Positions 54,201 to 62,600 of a stretch of DNA of 64,000 nt are shown one piece after another. The position numbers and the translations under genes are program-made. Numbering within the stretch: position 1 is the first letter of the stretch; each line of letters starts with the position of its first letter. The stretch is from a virus. Lineage: Duplodnaviria > Caudoviricetes. The notes under the pieces are model-generated. The model saw only the letters and a program-made list of their open reading frames with translations. It ran no database searches and was not told the origin of the DNA. Location: the IMG/VR virus record IMGVR_UViG_3300030104_006170. The stretch is one strand, 5' to 3'.

Positions 54201-56950
54201 CAAGGTTGACAGGGGTCACAAATTGGGTCACACTTGTATCCACAAGGGGTGTTACCTACACCTAACCATTGTGGGTTAGCAGCGTAACAGTCAGCTTCAG
54301 TTGTATAACCTGTACCAACAAATACCGGTACACATCCTTCTTCACAATTATAAACCCACATAGTATAATCACAACAACCTGTATAGGTTCCTGCTGAGTT
54401 TGTAAATCCAGCGTTACAATCATTTATATTATAAGGGTCAAAAAATAATTCAAAGGTAAATGCCGCATAGTCTATAAAGTTTAAAAAAGGTGCTGGTGTA
54501 GGTGGTAAAGTTTGCATTACAGTAAACACATTATCTACATAAAATGTTGTACCATTTATAAGGTCATCAGTACATGAAAGTAAACCACAACAATTATTAG
54601 AACTTGCTGGGGTACTAGTAACACAAGAATACGCTGGTGGTTCACACCACGCTAAACAATCAAGTTCATTATCAAAAACCGGACCTTGTGTTGGGTCTAA
54701 TGCACTAGGGTCATTGTATAGTGGGTGTGCTGATGTCATAGCTGAACATCCTTGACAGGAATATTGGTCGATACAAATATATCTATCTTCACAACAATTA
54801 CCTAAGTAAAAAGTATCCATACAATCTTCAAATGCGGCAAAACCTACACTTGTACAAGGTCCCGTACTAGTTGACCCCGTACCAGGTACTAGTTGACATG
54901 AAAGACTAGATGCTGTTAAAGCTGATACTGGTGGACACACCCAACTAGAACATCCAATATAGTCCCAGTATTGATTGTTGGTTAACCCAGATGGTGGTGG
55001 TAAAGTACCACCCGACAAAGCTCTATAACAATTACCCCATTGACCTAAGGTAAATTGTCCTGTAGTATATACATTACCATTACTATATACTCCAGCTGGA
55101 CCTACTGGTGAGATAGTTGGATAAGCGTTCCAAGTGTTGGTTGGGTCATAACAAGGTATGGATGTAAACTCTGGACATGCTTCACATTCTGGGGTACAAG
55201 CCTCCCAAATATGTTCCGTAGGTTGTCCATTATTCCACCAAACTCCTTGTACTAAGTCTGTTGGTTTTATACCAGCCCAAGGGTCTATAGTACCACCTGT
55301 CTGATTTATATCTTGTACTGCCATATAACAACAACATTCACCCCACGTTGAGTCAAATACTATATCTCCTTTAACATAATTTGTTGTTGCAGACCATTCA
55401 CCCCAATTAGTATTAATCATTGGGTTAAAACTTATTGGTTGTGGTAGGTTTGTTACCCTATCTATATATTCATCTTTTGTTTCACAGTAAGTACAATCAC
55501 CTATTTCACATTTTACACAATCAAAAGCACCAAAAGCAAAAGCATCTAAACCACAACTTGTAGCTTCGTATAAAGTAACACCATTACTAAAATCATAAAA
55601 TGTTATTGGTGTGTTAGTACCTATACTAATTGTGTAAGCGGTATATTGTGTATTTTCCACAGTAATCCTACCCATAACTCCCTGTTCTATTTGATTAGTT
55701 ATTGGATTTATTACTTCACCCATTAATGGTACATCTACATTTATCTGGTAACCAGGTGGTAAATTACCGGTTTGTAATGATGTATATGACTGAAATGCCC
55801 CTAGCAAACTTTGTGTATTACCTGTAACCTCAAAACAGTTACTATTATTTCCACCACCAAATATAGGGGACATACCACTATATTGTAAGATGTCAGTACC
55901 AGAATCTAGAGGTGAAAAAGGATAAGCTCCAAAATATGTATTAGTACCTATTGGTCCACTAGGACCTACTACAGGTACATTACTAGGTGGTATACCACCA
56001 GAAGCTTGTAATGTATTATAAGGCATAAAGGGTACTGTTATAGCCTGAGATACTGATGTTGGTCCCCACTCATTTTCATGTGTTATGGTAATTCTTCGTG
56101 TACCTACACCCGCATAAGTGTGTGGTACAGGATTTGTTAGATTAGGGAATTGTAAAGTTTCACAACAAGGGTCACCAAATGCGTTGGTACATGGTGGAAC
56201 TGGACAATCACAAGGACAGTCTCCCCAATTTATAGTATAAGGAGAATTCTGATAACTCTTATAGTAACCAAAATCTGTGGTATTATAAATTTGTATCTGG
56301 TTACCCATAGCTGTAGTAGCGGTAACTACAAAATTAGAAAAAATATCTTTTTGTCCCAAATTTCCGTCCCAAATATCGTAATGCCCTATATCATTAAAAT
56401 CTTGGTCTAAAAAAACTGGAACTTGATGTAAATCATTAAAAACAGGTGGTGGGCAAAAACAAGATATTGTATTTGGTGTTAGGTGTGCATTAGTTTGGGA
56501 ATTTAATGGTTGTGAGAGTGTAGAATTTGTTAAAGAAAACACACTTATTAAATCGTCGTAACTTTCACCGGTAAATGTCATTACCCCAGATTGGTATAAA
56601 TTTAACCCAGCAAATATAACATAAGGATGAGACTCCACATCTAAACAAAATGGTTGATTTAATGTTGGTACATTACCATATGGTGGTGGTGCACCCATTA
56701 CTGGCATAGTAGTAGTATCATTTAATAGGATACATGGATTTGTTGACGAACATCCAGTTAGTTCTGTTGGGAAGTTATTCATGTCACCTTGTAAAGCGTC
56801 CTGTACTTGACTAAATGTAGAGTTGTACATTGTTAATCCTGAACAGTTAGGACTTGTATTAATAGGGTAGAAATTGGTTCCACCAGTACAAGGTACTGTG
56901 TAGTAAACACTAGGATTACTTCTTTTTATTCTATATTTGTATACTTCCAT
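48266..56950 (-). CDS. Giant (2894 aa) Cys/Pro/Thr/Gly-rich mosaic repeat protein; putative tail fibre/adhesin
   Basis: Uninterrupted 8.7-kb ORF. N-terminal PKD-like segment (YTINWGD...HTYAGVGTRRITIT), seven W/Y..Y..GD.V CBM5/12-like modules, many x-C-x-C...YSSLxxCxxxCC modules. Confidence 0.85.
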   Translation of the reverse strand: MEVYKYRIKRSNPSVYYTVPCTGGTNFYPINTSPNCSGLTMYNSTFSQVQDALQGDMNNFPTELTGCSSTNPCILLNDTTTMPVMGAPPPYGNVPTLNQPFCLDVESHPYVIFAGLNLYQSGVMTFTGESYDDLISVFSLTNSTLSQPLNSQTNAHLTPNTISCFCPPPVFNDLHQVPVFLDQDFNDIGHYDIWDGNLGQKDIFSNFVVTATTAMGNQIQIYNTTDFGYYKSYQNSPYTINWGDCPCDCPVPPCTNAFGDPCCETLQFPNLTNPVPHTYAGVGTRRITITHENEWGPTSVSQAITVPFMPYNTLQASGGIPPSNVPVVGPSGPIGTNTYFGAYPFSPLDSGTDILQYSGMSPIFGGGNNSNCFEVTGNTQSLLGAFQSYTSLQTGNLPPGYQINVDVPLMGEVINPITNQIEQGVMGRITVENTQYTAYTISIGTNTPITFYDFSNGVTLYEATSCGLDAFAFGAFDCVKCEIGDCTYCETKDEYIDRVTNLPQPISFNPMINTNWGEWSATTNYVKGDIVFDSTWGECCCYMAVQDINQTGGTIDPWAGIKPTDLVQGVWWNNGQPTEHIWEACTPECEACPEFTSIPCYDPTNTWNAYPTISPVGPAGVYSNGNVYTTGQFTLGQWGNCYRALSGGTLPPPSGLTNNQYWDYIGCSSWVCPPVSALTASSLSCQLVPGTGSTSTGPCTSVGFAAFEDCMDTFYLGNCCEDRYICIDQYSCQGCSAMTSAHPLYNDPSALDPTQGPVFDNELDCLAWCEPPAYSCVTSTPASSNNCCGLLSCTDDLINGTTFYVDNVFTVMQTLPPTPAPFLNFIDYAAFTFELFFDPYNINDCNAGFTNSAGTYTGCCDYTMWVYNCEEGCVPVFVGTGYTTEADCYAANPQWLGVGNTPCGYKCDPICDPCQPCYTLNCGYPYTPQGLQDCEMVCSCATECYVCDCLNVINGSNVPCYPYQDPVTNALDCPYWPVSNTGTDPWVPAAWTNVPTFLSAQQCQSACTCPGGYDCFVYDDTNPPAQIGQQVGGCMYYASLYLMTQVGVTWSPGSPTDPAGNPTGYTSFEECCNATECCRAVCEDDPLQAGYLGYTSFTTTGPALQGGGGGQTPCYWISQTDLDDTTGPGFVNCCSPAYVNTMNGLTGIVQCFADHPGLPYCDMVDCVNSLCPDPLSTTGMTCCAPLEETCNCACQDWLTINGIPITTAFTWSGPWSNANTYSMFETVSYGDANTAECCWICMCPPDTTGTGYDCDSSPPDDGDYPDGTPNCWQTCERLPSYDPSTPTPVIGDPCGPCEGPTSAQTYQCTTSGCVTSNCVFNPPAAMNISIWQTQNNCYTASTCGTPLIGVSNDQCRADCYCADPGPPTGGPAEISNCTVLQDYLNDIYSPGTGDLGIYFNGYSPFPFTYPPVQPGIVFQVTSSYFWPYDSLDTCQTQLSTGLFDCCTGSTTGITTWECDHSCNCPTVNGNPCVGGVGCYPVYGTGGTFSSLSGCQEWCTWECNTQGAQTCQFIPMSLAAVTYPSAAACELANTDCLCQNQVEEWWCDHAGADAGLYNTPGSQPCQPSSYFASQSSSYQSQAYGQGAGGPSDPNNNYNWAVALGNLPVGQGFPSQAQCQEFCRFCCDCAPPGTGFCDLCGDPAVVACSWGDQFCSGGTASCGTGLPSSLSPGDCGQQQFTITGSKTCFEPQTEYCCHAIDGCISYIGAAPTGSDGNPCVSFYGTNAAACTNECNFVCGDCVQPVPQCQCTFVLAPISPSCAPYPFSNMADCDIYVQGLTLLGDDGTCCECYECTTNSPITYQMWDVGTASWVLGSTPVNMITGAPAWVSGQAYNPGDVVTFNFDNTRCCYVNVSENSQDWTIPPYFYYQAYINDLSTNTPVWPGGGTGSLQWVPCDPKCVPGVIQNTYDCIPGVSTDSCSNLTKITPTTTLLDQHDVLQMIGNPSGVPYLQTTNIYNIKFPYGGFPFSPTNPCLDNGLPLVTPGGPIGIHISAGMSLGIPQTYNTWSSMITSLAGAGVTSPTGTLLSLSSSFDDVCLGINLVWGSKTRDKCMTITLDPCECRQSPCTCVMITGPTGAFNNLPDCQATLNNDPCCGSWKCDPKICDCVFIPNDITGFSSQTECYNSQNCCTVRYDEYECRQIPVIGPVGAHNFKCECVVVPAGMGSYTGPNALFDCENDPTTCCSGNTMPDRWKCTPDCNCVLGGPFDQYATLHDCQTAVNHNCCYTGVTKEWECIDFGTPTGCKCVQTASPGGGYASQADCEAQVNECCYTGKTRWDCVVGNNGLCKCVANPLFGTYSSLSDCQNGIPISNCCEIQSDDCAKECPPSSFITPTYIKHNGTYSIGFTQTLPLASTNIVGLWFTATIYNAFDIVQDPYDDCCYVLVCDSCHFTGSDIMNYSPSQIYQNHLLGLFYNGTTTPATTQEQNAQNRGPIWWPCDPLCPTTPPDIGYDCVNCPGTCNCVQNNTGTAQYQGPNALSLCVADCKSGCEDCAQTLSGYLSGPIDYEGIWYSTFNPHYVENDCVTDPTDGCCYCCVRAFTGPDPHDDDHAITRNDGTISHSGPGGSGPGGSGPGNSGPTPSKPICKSQHQPSLHVGVNIGGGMWMGCKITTDGGPCNSTTGTTVDCDNCDTYMATNWGATLPLQWKTVGHQHFTHNQCVVDPTDGCCYCCMESSDVDDFGEAWASDPHSQSQACSIYDMNGDGILEYYGMYSTFTGKWTGWVSCSSTGVFPCNNGGTLKYDCVHRPLLGNPSNYDCIPTQGGAYSSLQACQNAPCPPPDQPCEECCGKLKKDGTWSYQTLNTSSVPCDCEFWLGIGWTSQSPSKCCVPPSWACPLGQVWSQADCSCVPIIIGPHDDDLEPTEEPCIQTESCAKGYYWDWNKCKCMPSVSDGPTELS
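48947..49382. repeat. 31-bp perfect direct repeat (48947-48977 and 49352-49382)
   Basis: ACAACAATAACAACAACCGTCAGTTGGGTCT occurs twice and encodes DPTDGCCYCC on the minus strand. Confidence 0.9.
49227..49276. repeat. 15-bp tandem repeat (CCTGGACCTGAACCT), about 3 copies, encoding a GPGGS linker
   Basis: Read directly; protein sequence SGPGGSGPGGSGPGNSGP. Confidence 0.9.
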
Positions 56951-56953
56951 ATA

Positions 56954-57898
56954 TTAAGGATTTACATATTCAAAAAATTTTATTGGTGTTCCATTGGGTA
57001 CTTGTAGCGTACCTGGTACTGCTCCACTTGGAGTTTGACCTGGTAAACCAGTCCCTTTTACTCCACCACCACCCCCCATAGCCATAATTGCTTCATTAAA
57101 TTCAGTCACCACATAACGATATTTTGGGTCGGTTGTAGATGCATTACTGGGATTTATATATAATTTAACTTTATAATAGAACCATTCTGGGTAACTTAAT
57201 ATTTCACCGTTTACAATTTCACTTAGAGTTGGTTGTTGGTTTATCATATTGGTTACTTTACCAGTTTTTGCGTTAAAAAATTTACAACTCATATAAAACT
57301 CATTAATTTCTGTTAGTTCCCTATCTTTTAACCATTGTATATAATAATTTTCACTTCTACCATGTAGGGGACCCAATAAAGCAATAGGAACATACACCCC
57401 ATACATTGGTATTGGAATGTTGTCTGCTATTTGTGAGTAATATTCTGTGGGGTCTTGTAATGGGTCTACTGCTGTTTCTACCTTTATACAATTATTTAAA
57501 GACATTATATTGGTGAACATTATTTTTTGTTCTTTTCTTAATGGTGAATCATAAAAATCAAACTTAAAAAAACTTCTAGTAAATGCTTTTTTAGGTTTTG
57601 CTAATTCTTTATCTGCAAAACCTAAAACGTTAAAGTTTGGTGTGGGTATTGGGTATTCTTGATTTGCATAATCCCAAAAATTAAATTCATAAGATATGGT
57701 ATTACCACTAATATTATTTTTATAAGCATATCTAGTTGTTTCATAATCTTGTATAACATTTATATTATCTTGTAACTCGACTTCTTCCCAAGTTCTAACT
57801 AATTGTTCGTTACCTATTTCATCAAAAGTTTGACCTATAGGTATAGTTATAGACTTATCTTTAGTAGAAGCTTTTATGTTTAATCTATTGACAGCCAT
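56954..57898 (-). CDS. Putative virion structural protein
   Basis: 314-aa ORF in the structural operon; FFKFDFYDSP...YMSCKFFNAKTG. Confidence 0.65.
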   Translation of the reverse strand: MAVNRLNIKASTKDKSITIPIGQTFDEIGNEQLVRTWEEVELQDNINVIQDYETTRYAYKNNISGNTISYEFNFWDYANQEYPIPTPNFNVLGFADKELAKPKKAFTRSFFKFDFYDSPLRKEQKIMFTNIMSLNNCIKVETAVDPLQDPTEYYSQIADNIPIPMYGVYVPIALLGPLHGRSENYYIQWLKDRELTEINEFYMSCKFFNAKTGKVTNMINQQPTLSEIVNGEILSYPEWFYYKVKLYINPSNASTTDPKYRYVVTEFNEAIMAMGGGGGVKGTGLPGQTPSGAVPGTLQVPNGTPIKFFEYVNP

Positions 57899-59669
57899 CT
57901 GTGTATTCAGTTAATATACTTATTGTTCCTGAGGTTAGTGGGATTAATGCTGGTCCTACAGCCTCTATTTTAAATTCTAAATTATGGTATGGGTAGTGTG
58001 CATCATTTAAATAAGGATAACTCACACCATTATCCCCATCCTCATAAGCTTCTACCGGTAAAATTTCTCTCCACCTAAATGTTTCCTCTGATAAAGAATA
58101 AACAGCATACTGGGGTGATGTAAACAGACTATCATTATAACTTATATAATTTGAGAATTTTCTTATAGGAATTTTGTGGTGTGGGTTGTATTTAAATATA
58201 GATTCTACAAAATCATACCCTGGTGTACCTCCTACTTCATACATAGTATCCCTATTAAATTTTAGTGAATGCCCTATTTCAGAAATTACCCTTTCTTTTA
58301 ATTCAAATGGGTTATACTCAGCAAAAGCACCCCTAAATGTAGAACCACTAAGTGGTAGTGGATTAACTCCTTGATTTCCAGTTTGTGTTAAATTAACTGG
58401 TGATGTCCCATTATCCACAAATGGGTCCACAACACCATTCTTTTTAAAATTCCAACCCCAACCATAACCTGCTGGAGAATTGACTCCCGGATTCCAATCC
58501 CATATGAGATTTCTATTTGTAGTTAAAATTGTTAAATAAAATTCAGTTAATGGTCTATTAAATTGGTCATAGTAGTCATCACTATTAATATTATAATTAC
58601 AATTCCATAAAAATGAATCGTAGGCTTGGGTTAGTACAGATTTTTGTATGTAATCTGGTGTTCTTTTTCTAGGAAATACCCTACCTTTTTTATTATATAT
58701 TCCTCTTTCAAACCCTGTTTTATCTACTGTAAGGTCATTTGGGTTTGTTATTAGCTTATGTATTTGGCAATAATATTCAGATTTTGTTTCCAACATATTT
58801 TCTGGATTAATTACTCTTTTAAGTGTACCCACTGGATTTGCTGGTATTGATGTTACGTCTAGACCAACTGTTGTAATATTCATCACGTAGTCCTCTGAAT
58901 TTTCCAAACCGTTACCCAAATAATCTACTTTAAATATAGTTTGTGGACCTGCTGGGCTTGGGAAGGTTACTGGAATAGTAACATTAGTCATTAGATTTGC
59001 ACTACCCATTGTAGTAGCTCCTGACTGTATTTCTATATATTCTCCTGGTAATACCCCGTGTCTTACTGGTGTGATTATTTGTAAAACTTCCTTACCATCT
59101 GTATTGGTTGTTATAGGTATAAAAGGTATACCATCTCCCGATACAAACTGCATACCAGAATTCGTAGAATAGTCGGTATAGTACATCATTCTTTGATTGG
59201 AGTCTGCATCGTTAACATAAGATATATATTGTACCCAATTATCTTGATGTGCTAAAAGTGGTTCCCAACCTGCTTGACTTGCAAAAATACCATATCTTTT
59301 AGGTGGTATTATTGTAAATGTACTATCCGGTGGTAAACCAGAACAAGTGGTTGGTGGTACACCTGCTATTTGTGGACAACCCAAAAAATCTGGAATAAAG
59401 TACATTGACCTCATAAATGTAGTATCCTGAGTACTCCCACTAATTATATTATTGTAAAGTATATCTATTTTTCCATATAACCTATATTGTGTTGAATAGG
59501 CCCTTTCAAAATCAAATTGGTCTCTAAGGTTCAAAACTAAATTTCTATCCCCCTCATGTATTTGTTTTTGTGTAGATTCTAAAAATGGTTGTAACTGCAC
59601 GTCGTTATTTGGTGAACCAGCAAATCTAGCTTCACCTCTTACAATTCTTATGTTTTTTTCGTTACTCAT
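57885..59669 (-). CDS. Putative virion structural protein
   Basis: 594-aa ORF in the structural operon; FDFER...YRLYGKI, YPYLNDAHY. Confidence 0.65.
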   Translation of the reverse strand: MSNEKNIRIVRGEARFAGSPNNDVQLQPFLESTQKQIHEGDRNLVLNLRDQFDFERAYSTQYRLYGKIDILYNNIISGSTQDTTFMRSMYFIPDFLGCPQIAGVPPTTCSGLPPDSTFTIIPPKRYGIFASQAGWEPLLAHQDNWVQYISYVNDADSNQRMMYYTDYSTNSGMQFVSGDGIPFIPITTNTDGKEVLQIITPVRHGVLPGEYIEIQSGATTMGSANLMTNVTIPVTFPSPAGPQTIFKVDYLGNGLENSEDYVMNITTVGLDVTSIPANPVGTLKRVINPENMLETKSEYYCQIHKLITNPNDLTVDKTGFERGIYNKKGRVFPRKRTPDYIQKSVLTQAYDSFLWNCNYNINSDDYYDQFNRPLTEFYLTILTTNRNLIWDWNPGVNSPAGYGWGWNFKKNGVVDPFVDNGTSPVNLTQTGNQGVNPLPLSGSTFRGAFAEYNPFELKERVISEIGHSLKFNRDTMYEVGGTPGYDFVESIFKYNPHHKIPIRKFSNYISYNDSLFTSPQYAVYSLSEETFRWREILPVEAYEDGDNGVSYPYLNDAHYPYHNLEFKIEAVGPALIPLTSGTISILTEYTDGCQ

Positions 59670-62600
59670 TATATTACTGTATCAGCTAATTCTTCATCAA
59701 CATATTTTCTCACAAAGGTGTTAAATGATGTAGCACCTGGTCTTAATCCAAAATAATAAAATAGTGGTTGGGAGAACACATAGGACCTACTGTCTGGAAT
59801 AGTACCATTCATGACAGGATAATTATTGCCGGCAAATGTAAATGGTGGGTTACCCATATAGTGTTGGAAGTTTCCGTCACTCACATATGGTGCAGATGCC
59901 GGTGCTGGATGTAGTACCGAACCGTCTTCTTCATCAAATGATATTGCTGGTAGTATAGACATTGCTGGTCCTGGTATACCAAATGCATATCTATATTCTC
60001 CAGTAGTACCTAACCAGTCATTCCAAACTGTACCCCAACCTCCGTATGGTTGACCACCTACGGTAGCAGTTGAACTGACATTATCCAAATGCCATGGATA
60101 AAATGGAACATTCTGACTGGATGCGGATAATTCCATTGTTAAACAATCTATCAAATCTTGACCATTCATAATCACTTGAGTGGAAGCCGTAAATAATAGT
60201 GGCTCCCATAAAAGAGTGTGTGTAAAGTTTCCTGGGTCATTTATGTCATTTACATTAAGTGCATTTGGCACATATGTACCCCCAACAAAATTTGGTGATG
60301 GGTATGTTAATCCACTATTTGGTGCTACATTTGATGGTGTTGTAGATATATTAAGTTGGTAATCACATTCACAAGCTGTCGTACCTACATTAGCTTCATA
60401 TCCTACCACACCCAACATACAGTTTTGCATAAGTGCTTGTGCGACATCACCACCAATTTCGTATTCTGGACGTGGGAAGAAAGTAGACATTGAAGCTAGT
60501 GGTTGTTGCATTTTAAGGTTATAGGTGTCAGAAACAAGTTCTGTAATGTCTTGGAATGTTGTACTGCCTATCTGGTCAGTAACTGAACATTCATTAACGT
60601 AATTAGGGTCCATACAGATTTGTTGTATACATTGATTTCTGGAACCCATATCTACCATTGTCGTTGGGAATAGTATGTGTCTATCCATATCACCTTTACC
60701 GTGCATATCACTTGTGTTGTTACCACCCCAGAACTGATACCATGGTTTATAAACTCCGTCAGTATCACCAATATAATTACCTTGATTTACACCGATACCA
60801 CTAACTTGGAAAGGGGTTGACCTATAATAGAAAGCATGTTCTGTTGGGTGTAGATAGGTTAATTTTTTACACCACGATGAATTGGTGGCATAGGTATCAT
60901 TTGCTGGGTCATACTCTACTTTAGCTCTAAACTGGAATTGGTATAAGAATCCACTTACCCAACTATTTTCCCAAAAATAATTCATAACACCATTACACAA
61001 TGCTTGTGCTATTTTTTCCCTTCTAGTCCATTCTATTAAAACTTTAAGATTGTAGTTTGGTCCGATACAAGCTGGGCTAAAACATATTAATTTTACATAA
61101 CACCCACCACCAGCAACCCCATCATTTTGTGTGCCTGATGTTTGGGGGTCATTGACATCATCCGACCTAAAACCATAATGGTCTGGACAACAAACTCTTG
61201 TTTCGTCACTTTCGGAACAACAATCGTGTTCCCATTTACCACCAAAGTCATCACCAGTAGCACCATTACCTGGTGGACATTGTGGAGCTGCTGGACAATC
61301 TGGAGGACCAGATGCTGTGGTATTACCGGATGCTCCCCATGGTAATGAACCAGGGCAAGGCCATTGTGAGGCTAGGTATATAAGAGAATCTGTTACTGCC
61401 ATATCACCCATAGTCCTACATAAACATTTTTCACATTCAGGATATTTTGTTTGTCTTAAAGTAAACAATACAAATCCCATTCTTAAACCAAAATATCTAC
61501 AATCAGTACCACAACCAAAACAATTACCACCACTAATACAAATTTGTCCACATTCTTCTGGTGGTGCACCATTAGGTCCAATTAGGGAAGCCATATCTAA
61601 TATTGTAAAACCCCAAAGAGTGATATGAATACAATATATTGCACACCAAAGCCAACATAATAACCACATAATAAATAATATAACCCCCAGTATTAAGCTT
61701 AAGAATACAGCTAGCGTTGATATTAGTATTGTTAAGAACATGTAAATCATCCCTAGAAAATCTATAAGGAACATCCAAAGGAATACCATTAAACTAGGAG
61801 CTCTTACCGCACTATTTATTGGGAAAAACATTGCTGTGGTAGCACATTGTTGGTCCGCTTCAGGTAATATATTTTTTATACCCACAAATTCTCTTCTACC
61901 TCCATGTTTAATATGGTCATGAAATTGTGAAAAAGTATATACCCTGTTAAATGTCATGTCATAAAAAACATCTTTTGCTGCAGGCATTAAATTTCTTTGT
62001 GCCCAAGGATTGTAGTCACTATAATTTACAGAAAAAGCGTAAGAAGAAGGGTCTATACCTGGCCAATCCCCATTATCGTCACCTGCCCATGGGTCATAAA
62101 ATTCCCTGATGTTAGGTACTAGGTAACTAGCTATTCTTCTTTGTCTTGCTCCTCCCGTTGCTTGTTCAGGTCTTATTCTAAATCTACATCTCGCTCTAGT
62201 AGGTACCCCTATACTTGGGTCATCTGAAAGTACCATTTCCCCAAATTCATTAGTTGTCATATAATCTAAATTCATTGGTATGTGGACTAAGAAAGAACCT
62301 GTATCGTCAATTACCCTACCCCCATTAGGTAAGTAAAATCTTTCAAGTATTGGGACTTCTCCACCTAGAGGTGCACCCCACCCTCCTGCTGTATAAGCGG
62401 GGTAAGCGTTTGGGTCATCTTGGAAAAATGGGGTATACCTTATACAATCTATTATCCCTGGTTTGGATATTAAACTACATAGTTCACCCATTGCTGCTTT
62501 TGGTCTACAGTTTTTATTTACAGAATCTTTGTCAGTATCAGATGCGGTACTACCCATAAACACAGCATTAGGTTCTAATTTAAACCCTGTTTGTCCTAAA

